A DNA stretch of 63,985 nt, filler included, from Stramenopiles sp. TOSAG23-3 (lineage: Eukaryota), in NCBI GenBank assembly GCA_900128585.1. It is 3 parts of 3 records of this genome, joined end to end, with 100 filler letters (N's around TTAATTAATTAA, not from the genome) between each part and the next. Parts side by side here need not be neighbours in the genome. Positions count along the whole stretch, not along the records: positions 44,181 to 63,985 come from LT642389.1; 2 more parts are not named here. One strand, written 5' to 3'. The notes beneath the pieces are model-generated. The model was not told the DNA's origin, ran no database searches, and was given only the letters and a program-made list of their open reading frames with translations. A program made the position numbers and the translations under genes. Positions 49,490 through 60,821 of the stretch are shown in pieces (position 1 is the stretch's first letter; each line of letters opens with the position of its first letter).

Positions 49490-52249
49490 TTATCCTGATC
49501 CCGACGGAAAATACATGCTATATTCTGTTGAAGTCTGATAACTAATTGTTTCCAATGGTAGTCCTACATTTGACCATGAGTCGGCAACTTCCAAACCTTC
49601 CGAGGGGAACTGGCTTCGCCATGCACATAACCTCCCCCTCTCCAAATCATACAGGGAAATCATTCCACGCTCACTAGAAAACATTAAAGCTAAGGTTCCC
49701 GTGTAAGAGGGCACCTCCAAACCAGCATCCTTTGCAGATTTCACTTTCCTGGGATACACGATTACCTTCTCCTCCAAAACTTGTTCTGCGTGCACCATTG
49801 GATTGAAGGATGCACCCTTTTGTGGTTTGCCCTTTTGCGAATCTAATGAATTTTTATAAGTGAATGAAATAAGACCGTGAGGCAAGCACAAAGTTTCAAC
49901 ACCTGGTTCCGTCAAGTCCCTCAAGCGCTTAGGAATCGCGTGAAAGTCATGATACATCAGATACACTTTAAAGTGGTCTTTTTCGATATCCCACCCGAGC
50001 CCATGAAAAGAGAAGTTCCCTTTCCCTATACCTTCTAAATAGTAGGGATTAAGAGCAATGCCGCGCCGATCTAATATCTTCTTTGCAAAGGCCCAAAATT
50101 CGGAAAAATACTTGACTGTCCCCACACGGAATCGCGACGAATCGACGGACTCTGACCCTACCTTTAAAGAGTGGCTGTATGTGTAACTGGACATGCGGTT
50201 GCCGATCCACGACCCATCGAGGTTAAAAGCACGGTACTCTCGGCCATGCATCTTAAAGAAGAGCTCCATGTACTCGATTTCTTCCGCAAGCAAATGGGTA
50301 TGCAAATTATACCAGCGCTTGCAGTACCAATTGAACAATGTCCGCTGGAACAATTCCAAGACCCTATCAGTATATACTTGCGTCGTAAAGACCCCTGCGT
50401 TTGAACTATCTGCGGCCTGCAGCGCTTTCAACTCAGTCAATATGTCGGACCCCTCCCACTGCATTGGACCATCTGCGGCTGACGGGACTTTCTCAATCAT
50501 ATAGCGGACGCTGTCCAATTTACGGCGGATTCCCAGGTTGTACTCGTCCCACCTATTGTATTCTGTTGTATACGCTAGCGGGCGCTTTCCATAGACGGTA
50601 ACAGTGGTGCCTTCCTGATTGTCCCAAGAGACATCAAGGGATGCGCAGGACCTTGCTTCTAACCAGTCACTTATTTTCAATCGTGATTCCGCATGGTAAT
50701 CGGAGGCAGCGTATTCAATTACCACCGAACCGATAGGCAACTCGTTCGCCAGTTTCTTCAAAATTTTGTTGGTCAAGTCTTCGTCCCATGACTGGTTGTC
50801 AATCCAAACTACCCCTGCATCGGATAGATCAGATTCCAGCGCATCCATACAATGAAATTCGGCATTGGTTACGCCAAATTTTGCTTTAAATTTTTTTGCC
50901 TCGGACACCAGATTGCACAGCACGTCGTACCCAACGGAATCTACACCCCAAGTCAAAGCGGCATACAGCGTCTCTGTCCCTACATTCGATCCCAGGTGAA
51001 CGAACTTCAAGTTTTGTCTCTGTGTCCTCATAATGGCATCCCTGGCCATAGGAATATTTACGAACATTTTGTGGAAGGTGTGGAAGAAGACCATACCATA
51101 AGCGAAGTTGATAAACGTGTAGTCACGCTCCGGGTATTTCTCGGCAATCATGTCGTGGTAGTCGTGCATGGCCTGGTTTCGATCGGCTACAAAAGATGGC
51201 GTACATTCCAACTGGCGTATGCCTTTTATAACTTTTGTCAACGTAGTCAGCTGGATATTCTTTTTGTTTGAATATTCAGGCTTAGGGGCAGCCAACCGTT
51301 CCAGCCGCTTGACATATCCCCACTCTTGGTTTATATTCAAGCGCGGGGTGTCAATGATAGCATTGTGGTTGATTGTCATGCAGAAAACAGGCCATACGTT
51401 CCTGTCGCTGGCCCAAGGATTCACGTCAAGGGCCTTGGCCCATGCATCAAAAAACTTATTTGGCTGGCGGTTTCGGTCGTATGCACGAGCAAGCCACTCA
51501 TAAGCCTCTGGGACTTGTGGGTCCACCTGGACTGCATTCTCCAAACCGCGGACGCTTTTCTTCCAATTACCAAGGTCAAAATGCGCCCGGCCTAGCAAAT
51601 TAGCAATTCTCCCTGCGAATTTTTCTTCTTGCCGAAGAAACTCTTCCAACCAAGCCCTTGCAGATAGCGAGGACTTGTCCGTTTCGTTAAAATGCACCGC
51701 CCTGCGTCGCAGAAGAGTGGTGCCTGCCAGGCGGTCAGCCGACAACGCCGTAGCCCGAGATAGCTCGCGGACACTGAGGGTGAACTCGTCCGCTTCGAAC
51801 AGTGCAAGCCCGTGGAGTGCAACGAGCGTCGGCGAACGGGGATGTTTTCGAATGTATCGAATGATCAGTTTTCCAGTCTTCTCCGTGATTGCATTTTCCA
51901 ACCGCTGCAAGAGGCGTGCTAAAGCCTCGGCGGATGGTTCGATGGCTTTGATCTTGGATAAATATTCGCCCACTCCGATTGAATCAAGCAGCACCCCTAC
52001 TTTTCGTGCCATTGGCGAAACAAAGGACGCACCTTTGCCAGCGCTGTTCGTTAGAAGCAAGGAAATTTTATCCTGGATATGTACATTTTTTCTCAAAACG
52101 CCGATAAAGTCTCCAGCTTCCCCCGATATATCCAAACTTGTGCGCTTATCGTTCTCTGACCGGCTCCTTTTCGCTGCCAGGAGGGCGGGCTGGAGAATTA
52201 AAAACAAGCCAACGAATAGAAGCACCAGCTTCGTTTTGGTCTTCAACAT
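49490..52249 (-). CDS. Signal-peptide protein with TPR repeats, DOT1-like class I SAM methyltransferase domain and unknown C-terminal domain
   Basis: ATG at 52249. Hydrophobic LVLLFVGLFLILQPALLA, TPR-like LGRAHFDLGNWKKSVRGLENAVQVDP. Methyltransferase motifs FVHLGSNVG, SVGYDV, FHCMDAL, VVWIDN, LPIGSVVIEY. Confidence 0.7.
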   Translation of the reverse strand: MLKTKTKLVLLFVGLFLILQPALLAAKRSRSENDKRTSLDISGEAGDFIGVLRKNVHIQDKISLLLTNSAGKGASFVSPMARKVGVLLDSIGVGEYLSKIKAIEPSAEALARLLQRLENAITEKTGKLIIRYIRKHPRSPTLVALHGLALFEADEFTLSVRELSRATALSADRLAGTTLLRRRAVHFNETDKSSLSARAWLEEFLRQEEKFAGRIANLLGRAHFDLGNWKKSVRGLENAVQVDPQVPEAYEWLARAYDRNRQPNKFFDAWAKALDVNPWASDRNVWPVFCMTINHNAIIDTPRLNINQEWGYVKRLERLAAPKPEYSNKKNIQLTTLTKVIKGIRQLECTPSFVADRNQAMHDYHDMIAEKYPERDYTFINFAYGMVFFHTFHKMFVNIPMARDAIMRTQRQNLKFVHLGSNVGTETLYAALTWGVDSVGYDVLCNLVSEAKKFKAKFGVTNAEFHCMDALESDLSDAGVVWIDNQSWDEDLTNKILKKLANELPIGSVVIEYAASDYHAESRLKISDWLEARSCASLDVSWDNQEGTTVTVYGKRPLAYTTEYNRWDEYNLGIRRKLDSVRYMIEKVPSAADGPMQWEGSDILTELKALQAADSSNAGVFTTQVYTDRVLELFQRTLFNWYCKRWYNLHTHLLAEEIEYMELFFKMHGREYRAFNLDGSWIGNRMSSYTYSHSLKVGSESVDSSRFRVGTVKYFSEFWAFAKKILDRRGIALNPYYLEGIGKGNFSFHGLGWDIEKDHFKVYLMYHDFHAIPKRLRDLTEPGVETLCLPHGLISFTYKNSLDSQKGKPQKGASFNPMVHAEQVLEEKVIVYPRKVKSAKDAGLEVPSYTGTLALMFSSERGMISLYDLERGRLCAWRSQFPSEGLEVADSWSNVGLPLETISYQTSTEYSMYFPSGSG

Positions 52250-53586
52250 ATTAATAGTGGCTCCGGTTCCTTCTGTGTCTACAGTAGTCACTTGCTTAAC
52301 GAGGAGGGAGGAAACAAAACGTGGTCCGATTTTTCAACATGCAACAGTAAACAGTTTAGTAAAAGAAATAGGGAAAATACCTTTCAAACCACTAGCACGA
52401 TCTTGTAAAATTCCATCGTTTATATTACAATCATTCGATTGGTTTGTTCGTTGGTAGATTATATTTTGTCTAATTAAATTATCCAACATCAAAAAAATAA
52501 TATAATTTATTGTATTATTAATACTGGTATTATTTATTTATTTTTTTTTTACAATTAATAATAATAGAAAAAAAATAGAAAAGAAGAATATATAATAATA
52601 ATACACATAGAGAGTACGTATTATTGGAATTATGGAGGCTCACTCGTCGCCGCTTGGATTATTTTTTTTTATTAAAAAAATAATAATAATAATTAAATAT
52701 TAAAAAATAACCAGGCGGCCTCGTCCGTCGTAGGAGTTTGAAGGGAAGGATCGCTCCCTTTCTAAGTCTTCTTCAGTTTATTTATTAATGAGGACTCCTC
52801 GTTGTTAATAGTCTAGTCTATTATCACACTTCTAAAAAGTAGAAATACTTTTAAAGTGAGAGTCTGGCACGTACTTATATATTATACTAGACTAAGCTAA
52901 ATTGGAATTAATGGATTATACTTACGTAGTCGTCTGTTCTAATTAATTAATATGGGTTTTTTTTCATAGTGGGCTTCGTGTTTTTTCAAGTTAAAAAAAA
53001 GAAAACCAGAGGAGTATATGGTTATGGTACGAAAATAAGATCTTTCGGGAAAGTGTTATGATGCTATTGCCTGTATTTGTTTTAGATGGTGTGTTCGAAG
53101 AACCAAAGAGAACGTAGAAGAAAAAAAACGAGATCGATAATATAAAATATAATAATACAGTATTAATAGAACAAAAAAAATTATGAAGAAGAGAGAAGAA
53201 AGAAGAAGAAGAGAAGAAGAAGAACAACAACAAACAACAAACGAAAGATTTTAAAAATACATAAACACAGAAGGACATCCTCTGAGGAGAAAAAAAAATA
53301 CAGTAATAATAATAATAATAAATAATATTTTATTATTTTTTTACTTTCAACAATCGTACTTTGTATAGCTTCAACACAGTTTTACGAAAACAAATGATAA
53401 AATGTAGTGGAGAGTAAAAGTTCACGGCAATCATGCCTTAGCCTAGTCCAATTGCCTCGTGTTTATGTAGGAAGGAGACTAGTTTATTGTCTAATCGTAC
53501 ACAAAAGAATAGTGGGCGATAGAAACTATAGTAGACCTGTGGAAACATTACGGGTCTGCACAAACGTTCGGTCCATTGCTTGGTAC

Positions 53587-53796
53587 ATGGCAACCAGGAT
53601 TTCGAACCGAAAGGTCGCGCTCATAGTCGTCGGCCTGGCGGTCCCTGTGTGTGCGGCCTGGTGTAGTTGCGGGTATTATTTGCACAATGTAGTTATTGAT
53701 GCCGCAAATGAACACGAGCGGCGATTGGCCGACGAAGTAAACTGGGCTGAGAAGGAAGCCTTGTTTGCCTTTAAAGCAAAAAAGAAGGAACTGTAG
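53587..53796 (+). CDS. Small single-pass membrane protein (69 aa)
   Basis: ATG at 53587 in a GC-richer island. One hydrophobic helix (VALIVVGLAVPVCAAW) and a charged helical tail. Confidence 0.5.
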   Translation: MATRISNRKVALIVVGLAVPVCAAWCSCGYYLHNVVIDAANEHERRLADEVNWAEKEALFAFKAKKKEL

Positions 53797-54053
53797 CTGA
53801 GGGCTGCACCAGCACGAGTGTGGAGCACGAACAGTGTGTGTGGTGCGTGTATAAATTAAATAATAATATCATTAGTTTTTTTAAATTAAATAAGTACTAG
53901 TAGCATGTACGTAACTAAACTAGTTAGAATATGAATGTTGTGTTTTAAATATCCGCAGCACTTAAAATGCAACGACACGAATGTGGCGCACGGTACACAC
54001 AGTACTCTTATTATTTTTTGCACAATTGCCGGGCAGCACGATGGTATGCGCGG

Positions 54054-55391
54054 CTAAGCCCGGTTGATCAAGTGTAATTTCACACGCTTCGAAATGGATT
54101 TTGTTGCAACTTTGCAACTTTTTACCATGTCCAAAGCACGAACGTCAAAGTTGAACGGTGCCTTTAGGGCTACAAACGCACACTTCTGGTTCGAAAAACA
54201 CGTTTCTACGACGTCTTCTATCGGTTTGCTGCCCAAGAACAACTTACTATTTGCGTTCGACTTGTAATTCAAACCACCCCATGGAGGGTCAAAAAAAACC
54301 ACGTGCGGTTTCTGCAGCACAGGGTTGGAGCCTTTGGAAATGAAGCTTACGCAGTCTTCTCTGTGAACTTCTACTTTCCCCTTCCTTGTCTTCCTTAATA
54401 GGTTCATGTTATGGGAAAGCATTCTGTAACGCCCTTCATCTATCTCGATGCCCACACAATGCTTGAGAGCCTTGGAAAACGATAGCAAATTACCCCCCAC
54501 ACACGCAGTCGCATCCACGATGGCAGTCCCCTTCACAAAATTATTCTTCAGTATTATCTTCGTCATCTGGTCGGCCGATACTTCGTCCGTCACGCTAAAC
54601 ATTGCAGTAGCATCTAGCTTCAGTTTACTTCTTATCTCCGGGGATATTTTTGGAAACAGATGTTTCAGGCGCCCGCCACTCCCTTTAAAATGGTCCACTG
54701 CTAATTTCCAAGACTTAAAAACTTTTGCGACGGGAAGGTCGTCTTGCCGCCGGCTCATTTGATCGCTAATTACCCGGTTAATCGCATCGTTTCGAAACTG
54801 CTTGGAACCCCACCCCCCGCAAACCCATAAAAACTCAGAACCACACGGTCCACTCAATACTTCGCTCCTGACTGGTAAAACGCATATCGCTCCGCTCGCC
54901 GAAAAAAAATTGTTCAGTTTTTCGTGGGCCTGGACGAAGGAAAACGGTAGTAACGCAAAAAAGGGCAGTCTCGAATTTTGCCGCAACTGATTCCATACTG
55001 AGTCTACGTATGTTTTCATTGGCACGCCTATTTCGTGCTCACTTGCAAGGAGAATATCAGGGAAGTGGTCGTGTTGGCGCTTTCGCTTCTTCCCGTTCTG
55101 CTTGCGCTGAGCACTGCGCGAACCCACGGCCTTTCCCATTTTGTCTATCGTACAGAAACGAACGGCGCCGGCTGTCCGCTCTACCCCTCTGACCTTGGAG
55201 TATGGAGTTACGCTCGCTTCAATCTTTCTCCGCAAAGCAGCAAATCGTGCAGCCATGCCCATAGACACTGTCTCATCCTTAGAATTTCCCGCCTGATCCA
55301 GCACGAGCTGTTTCCCTATCTTTTTCGACACGTGAAGAAGCAAGCAATATATCTCCAAGTGCTCGATATCCGGATTCCCTGGACTTGACAT
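54054..55391 (-). CDS. TGS1-like RNA cap guanine-N2 methyltransferase
   Basis: MFSVT, IVDATACVGGNLLSF, GIEID, FFDPPWGGLNY, LKAPFNF. Confidence 0.82.
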   Translation of the reverse strand: MSSPGNPDIEHLEIYCLLLHVSKKIGKQLVLDQAGNSKDETVSMGMAARFAALRRKIEASVTPYSKVRGVERTAGAVRFCTIDKMGKAVGSRSAQRKQNGKKRKRQHDHFPDILLASEHEIGVPMKTYVDSVWNQLRQNSRLPFFALLPFSFVQAHEKLNNFFSASGAICVLPVRSEVLSGPCGSEFLWVCGGWGSKQFRNDAINRVISDQMSRRQDDLPVAKVFKSWKLAVDHFKGSGGRLKHLFPKISPEIRSKLKLDATAMFSVTDEVSADQMTKIILKNNFVKGTAIVDATACVGGNLLSFSKALKHCVGIEIDEGRYRMLSHNMNLLRKTRKGKVEVHREDCVSFISKGSNPVLQKPHVVFFDPPWGGLNYKSNANSKLFLGSKPIEDVVETCFSNQKCAFVALKAPFNFDVRALDMVKSCKVATKSISKRVKLHLINRA

Positions 55392-56637
55392 TGTGGAAGT
55401 GTGGGCTGCAGTCCTGCCTCTATTTTAATTCTTTTTTTTTTCTTGTTCTACTTCTGCCAAAGCAAATAAGTGTCTTCTGGTTCGTTTGGTACTCTGCTAA
55501 CACATCTCGAATCTACGGTATGAAACCTAAAACGCCTCAGCCCAAAGCAAGAGTAAGATGTAAAACTATTCTATCGGGGTTCCAAAGTTAATACCATCTT
55601 AGATGATGATGTTTCTTCTCCTGCCTCTTCTTTTTTCTTCGCGCATTTTTTCTTCTCTCCTCTTCTCAATACTGTTATATTATTATACCTTGTTGGTACC
55701 AAGCAAATTAAAAATTGCTCTCCTACCTCCTACTTGGTACTCTTCTCTCTTCTTCTTCTAGTTTCTCTCAGCTCTCAGCTTTCAGCTCTTTACTTCTTCT
55801 TTCTTCTTCGGGTTACAACCATCAAAAATCTAATAAATAACTATAAACTGTTGTATACTACGTATTTATTATAGGTCTACACATTATATAAATAATGTGG
55901 TAGTCCTATTAAAATTGCATAGTCTAATTATATAAATAATCAAAAATACCTTTAAAGAATAGATAAAAGTGAAGTACATTAATTTAATTTAAGTCTTATT
56001 GTATTCATATTTATTATTTATCCATTGAATGTCAATTAATAATTTATGGTCACGGCACACAACAACCACATTTTCCTGGTTTAGGATTTACATATATGGT
56101 ATGATGCTGTAATAAAAATGAGAGGTGATGAGCGAAGGACGGAGGAAGAAGAAGAAAACAAATGGGCTCAATACTCCGTACTCGTTAAGGGATATAGCAT
56201 CTAGCATCTTCCAATATTAAAATAGAAAGTACAAGTAAAAAATATTACAAAGAAATTAAATAACATAAATACAGCATATGGTTAAAATTATAATTAATTA
56301 TTATGAGTTTTTTCGCCTCCTCCTCACTCTCTACGGTATTTATTATAACAGAGCTGGTCCTACCTACGGCGGGTAGTTTAGCTTCTTTTTCTATTATTTC
56401 TTTCGCAAAAAAAAATTATTATATTATTATTTAGCAATTTAATCGTAAATATTTCAGAAATCACAGGAATACGTATACGTGGCTCTTGAATTGTATAGGG
56501 TCAGAGGAAATAAAGATCACGTTCTCTTCGTACACTTCATACACACTACGATTAAGCAGTGGTTCTATCGTAGCAAACAAAAAGCCGTACTTTCCTAGAC
56601 GACCTTCTAAATTCTTTACAGAACATCGCAGGCAAGC

Positions 56638-58647
56638 ATGGGGAAAGGGCGGAAGAGTAAAAAAAGCTCAAAAAGCTCTAAGGAGCAATCTAAAGAATCC
56701 TTGAAAATGTCTGTCGAACAATTTCTTTCCTCGGCGCTGCCTACAGATGGTGCTCCTATTGAGGAAAATTCTAGTCCCGCAAAGGAGTTGCCTGGAGACC
56801 GGCAAGAAAGGGAGTCAAACATGAACATGGAAAAGCTCGAGAACAAAGACCCTGAGTTTCACAAGTTCTTGGCCCAGAACGACCCATCGCTTTTGGAGTT
56901 TAGCAGTGACGAAGAAGAGGAGGAGCCTCCTGCGCAGAGGGCACCCAAACCTCAACGTGCTGCAGACGATGTTGGAGAAGACGTTATAGTGCTAACAACG
57001 AAAGCACTAAAACTCTTAGAGCAAGTGACCTTTGAACAGCATTCCGTGGTCGGCTTGCGGCAACTTGTACAAGCTTTCGCCGCTGGGTGCCACCTCAGTG
57101 ACGAGGTAGAAGCGCAGAATAACTACAAATTTGCGATTAAGGACAGCGCCGTTTACAATCAATTGATGAATATTGTTGTGAACCGAATTCACGAAGCGTT
57201 TGACTATCAGTTCCGGGACGTGCTAAAGAAGCGGGAAAAGAATAAATCGGCAAACACGGACAAAAAAGTCATGTACTCGGCCAGTTCGAAATGGTCGAAG
57301 CTCAAGGCAATCGTAAAATCTTTCTTGGCAAACTACATTCACATGTTAGACTCCCTGACCGATAAATCTATCATCGATTTCGGAATCAACGCTCTGAGTA
57401 AGTATGTTCCTCTGGTAGCACCGTTAGAAAATTTAGCGAAGCGGCTGTTGAAAAAGCTGCTGGATGTTTGGAGTTCCGCAACTTCTGAGAATACTCGGTT
57501 AACCGCATTTTTGCGTGTTCGTCAGCTTGTGCTGGAATCCTCCCCTGCATTTACGGAACAGGCCATGAAAAGTATTTATTTGTCGTACGTGCGGAATTCC
57601 AAATTTGTGAATGAGCTTACGAAACCGAACGTGGACTTGATGGGGCGCTGTGTAGTAGAACTGTATAGCATGGACCTAAAGACGGCGTACCAGTGTGCAT
57701 TTATGTACATCCGGCAGTTAGCGATTCATGTCCGAGGAGCGTTGAAAGACACATCCAAAGATGCGGTAAAGAACGTTCATAACTGGCAATTTTTAAATTG
57801 TGTCCGGGTATGGACTTCCCTGTTGATCGCGTTTCCAAAGGAGACCGAATTAAAGCCCTTGGTTTACCCTTTGGTGCAAATAGTGTTGAGCTGCATGCGA
57901 ATGCTCCCGGTCTCTCGTTATTTACCTTTTCGATTCCACTGCATCGAAGTGCTGATTGGTTTGTCTGCTGCAACAGAAGGCACGTTAGTGCCTATTGTTC
58001 CATTCTTGATGGCGTCGTTGCAAGACTCGTCCCTTCACACCAAAAACATGGGGTCCACAAAGCGTCCTCCCAAGTTAGCCTACATAATAAAGACAAGCGA
58101 TAAGGATGCAAAATCTGCTCAGTTTAAAGACATTGTAGTGACCAGGTCAATCGAACTTTTAAATGCGTACCTGGATGTTCATCGCTATTCTATTTCATTC
58201 CCAGAAATCTCAGCCCCTGCAATAGTTGGACTACGTCGCTTCTTACGGACTACTAGAAACTCGAGGTGGCGGCAGCAAGCGAAAGCGTTTGTGCTGCGTC
58301 TTGAGCGCGTATGTACTGACATAAAAAGTAGAAGAAGTTCCGTTGACTTTTCCCCGAAAGACCTTAGCAAGTGTGCAGAATTCATGGCCGGGGAACGTAC
58401 GAAAGCGAAAACTTCAAAAATTGCCAAGAGCTTCATGGATACCTCGAACTTGAAAAGAAAATTAGAAGCTACGGAATCCAACAAAACGCAATCGAAGGGA
58501 AAATTCAATAAACTTCCAAAAAGAGCAAAAGTGGAAAAGCCTGTCGTGGCGCCGTCTCCAGTTACAAAAAGTAAAGAGTCGTCAGTTGATGAAGACGATA
58601 TTGTGGAGGACATCAAATTCAGTAGTGATGAAGAAAGTAGTGATTAA
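56638..58647 (+). CDS. NOC2: Nucleolar complex protein 2
   Basis: KDPEFHKFLAQNDPSLLEF, AYQCAFMYIRQLAIHVR, VHNWQF, PLVYPLVQI, YLPFRFHC, SISFPE. Confidence 0.95.
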   Translation: MGKGRKSKKSSKSSKEQSKESLKMSVEQFLSSALPTDGAPIEENSSPAKELPGDRQERESNMNMEKLENKDPEFHKFLAQNDPSLLEFSSDEEEEEPPAQRAPKPQRAADDVGEDVIVLTTKALKLLEQVTFEQHSVVGLRQLVQAFAAGCHLSDEVEAQNNYKFAIKDSAVYNQLMNIVVNRIHEAFDYQFRDVLKKREKNKSANTDKKVMYSASSKWSKLKAIVKSFLANYIHMLDSLTDKSIIDFGINALSKYVPLVAPLENLAKRLLKKLLDVWSSATSENTRLTAFLRVRQLVLESSPAFTEQAMKSIYLSYVRNSKFVNELTKPNVDLMGRCVVELYSMDLKTAYQCAFMYIRQLAIHVRGALKDTSKDAVKNVHNWQFLNCVRVWTSLLIAFPKETELKPLVYPLVQIVLSCMRMLPVSRYLPFRFHCIEVLIGLSAATEGTLVPIVPFLMASLQDSSLHTKNMGSTKRPPKLAYIIKTSDKDAKSAQFKDIVVTRSIELLNAYLDVHRYSISFPEISAPAIVGLRRFLRTTRNSRWRQQAKAFVLRLERVCTDIKSRRSSVDFSPKDLSKCAEFMAGERTKAKTSKIAKSFMDTSNLKRKLEATESNKTQSKGKFNKLPKRAKVEKPVVAPSPVTKSKESSVDEDDIVEDIKFSSDEESSD

Positions 58648-58902
58648 TATTCAAGTCTAAGAACGACGACGAGTGATTGTTAAGAAAAGGCGAAACATCT
58701 TAGAAATGGGGCCCCGGTAAACGCCTCGAGTTTACTTGCGAAGTGCGAGGTTACTTTTTCGGTTTTAAAAAATAAAAGAGATGCCATAGTTTTTTAACAC
58801 TTTTTTAGATTCAAAATTATCAAATTTAGCTTTTTAAAACACAAATAATGGCTGAGCTTATTCTTAAGAGTAGTGATATAAGCTGAATCAGGATTTGTTT
58901 GA

Positions 58903-58940
58903 GCTAATTACTTTAAATAACAGCCAATTTTTTGTTTTTG
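58903..58940 (+). repeat. Further copy of the TAACAGCCAATTTT element
   Basis: gctaattactttaaataacagccaattttttgtttttg. Confidence 0.85.
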
Positions 58941-59044
58941 AAAATCTTGCAACACATGGTTAACACCAGCTTGTAAAGCCTTTTTGCCTGGGCATTGCAC
59001 GCTTCACCCCGTCGTTTGCCTTTCTTTCTTTGCTTTTCCTCGGC

Positions 59045-59407
59045 TTACTCCTCTTCCTTTTTCCCGCCATAGCCAGTTTGCTCGGTGGAGGCAATCAAAC
59101 CAAATACAAGTACAAAGTAGCTAAGACCCAGGGAAAACCAGAACCAGAGAACTCCGTCGTTGGATTTAACGAATTTTGTGTCTTGTACAGCGGCCGTAAA
59201 AAGTGCAAACAAACCGATTACAATACCGTACAAGGTGAGCAAAAGACCGCACGTAATTGCTAAATCTTGCGTGCTAAGTCCTGCGAAGCACACCTTATAT
59301 GCGGCACGCTCTGCCATGTAAAGCGTTCGCTCCGTCTGTTGGGGTTTAAACGCTTCCCCTTCCACCTCCGCTTTCACCGCCGATAACTCAACTGCTTTGT
59401 CTGCCAT
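59045..59407 (-). CDS. Small two-TM membrane protein
   Basis: 120-aa ATG-initiated ORF with two hydrophobic helices. Confidence 0.65.
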   Translation of the reverse strand: MADKAVELSAVKAEVEGEAFKPQQTERTLYMAERAAYKVCFAGLSTQDLAITCGLLLTLYGIVIGLFALFTAAVQDTKFVKSNDGVLWFWFSLGLSYFVLVFGLIASTEQTGYGGKKEEE

Positions 59408-59939
59408 TTTTTCTGGTATGATGCTTTTTTTAAATGAAAGTTTATCTGGTGTATATTTCTTAAAATATTATTTAAGTGCTCTAAACGTCTGTCTTGTCTG
59501 TTTATTTTTCAATACAAATCAGACGTGTTCATCTGTACAGAGAACAGATTTTGCAACGAACTCGTTTTTATTTATATACCGGTTGTGTATATGTACATAT
59601 ATTACAGAGAACTATATAGTGCTTCAGTTAGTAACAACAACAACATAAAATATATCATGGAATAACATGGAAAAACACCATGTGAGCTCATATGGATGAT
59701 GATTGTTTTACTTATCCCCCCTTGCTATTTTCATCTTCTCTGAGAAAAAATGTAATATGATCCTACTTCAAAAATTGGATAAATAATTGTAGCATTATTA
59801 AACAGTACTTTTTCTATACTTTTTATAGGTACATTCTTTCTTTCTATGGCATAAAACTAGTCGTATAATAACGAACTACACAAAGAAAGTGGTCAAATAG
59901 CTTCAATAAATAAGGCATAATAAATAATAATAATACTGT

Positions 59940-60821
59940 ATGTACAAAATCAAATCGTCAATCTCAAAAAAATGCAACACTTACACAGTAGGAAAAACAA
60001 TATACTCGTCTAATAACCACATGCGTGTGGATTTAGACCATCACAAGAGTGAACTGAAATCCCTCGCCGATTCCCACAAGAATGAAAAGGCTAGAATAGA
60101 TGCAGCCTGCAAAATTCAACGTTTTTACCGTACCATCAAGGGTCACATGCCTGGTCATCAAATCAAGAGTGTTATGCTGGAGTTGAGCAAGCAGCTCAAG
60201 TTTGCTAGAGAAACGGCACTTTCCGTACAAAACGAATTTCGCACAAAGAAGGAGGAGCACGAAGAAGAAAACCAAGAATTAAAAAAACAGATTGAAATGC
60301 TCCAGGCGCATTTAGAGTTCGTAGAAAAGGATGCTGCGGAACATGCCCGTGAAAAGTACTTTCATGCGCAAGAAAACATGAGGCTCAAGAATGCAGTCAA
60401 GAGTTTACAAGCGCAAATGAGCGGACAAGATGATCCCGCCGGGCTCCAAATTGCTTCAAAACCCAATGCTACAGAGATGCTTGCCCAACATTTTAAATTA
60501 ACGATTCCTTCATTTGTGAACTTGGGCTCACACTACACATATCAGATAGAGATGGTGCTTCATGAAAAACGCTGGAGCTCTAGTTGCCGTTACAGCAACT
60601 TTTACGTTCTACATCAACAGATGCAAAGCGACAAAGAAACTCAGCCTTTACCAAAATTCCCACAACGGCATTTATTTACTCCTTCGGAGAGAGAAATGAG
60701 GGAGCGGCAAAGACTGTTAGAGGTATATATGCAAAAATTAGCAAGCACTGAAACTTCCTGGAAGAACGTAAATTTTGTGTCTTTAAAATCTATGTGTTCT
60801 GTTATCGTTTACTCGTATTAA
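59940..60821 (+). CDS. IQ-motif, coiled-coil and PX-domain protein
   Basis: IQ motif AACKIQRFYR. PX motifs HYTYQI, CRYSNFYVLHQQM, LPKFPQRH, ERQRLLEVYMQKL. Start may be the ATG at 60021. Confidence 0.8.
   Translation: MYKIKSSISKKCNTYTVGKTIYSSNNHMRVDLDHHKSELKSLADSHKNEKARIDAACKIQRFYRTIKGHMPGHQIKSVMLELSKQLKFARETALSVQNEFRTKKEEHEEENQELKKQIEMLQAHLEFVEKDAAEHAREKYFHAQENMRLKNAVKSLQAQMSGQDDPAGLQIASKPNATEMLAQHFKLTIPSFVNLGSHYTYQIEMVLHEKRWSSSCRYSNFYVLHQQMQSDKETQPLPKFPQRHLFTPSEREMRERQRLLEVYMQKLASTETSWKNVNFVSLKSMCSVIVYSY

Noticed and set aside
52730-52800. Small hairpin (AAGGGA...TCCCTT) in a GC-richer intergenic patch
   Set aside because: The stem is short, single-copy, and has no recognisable RNA family features.
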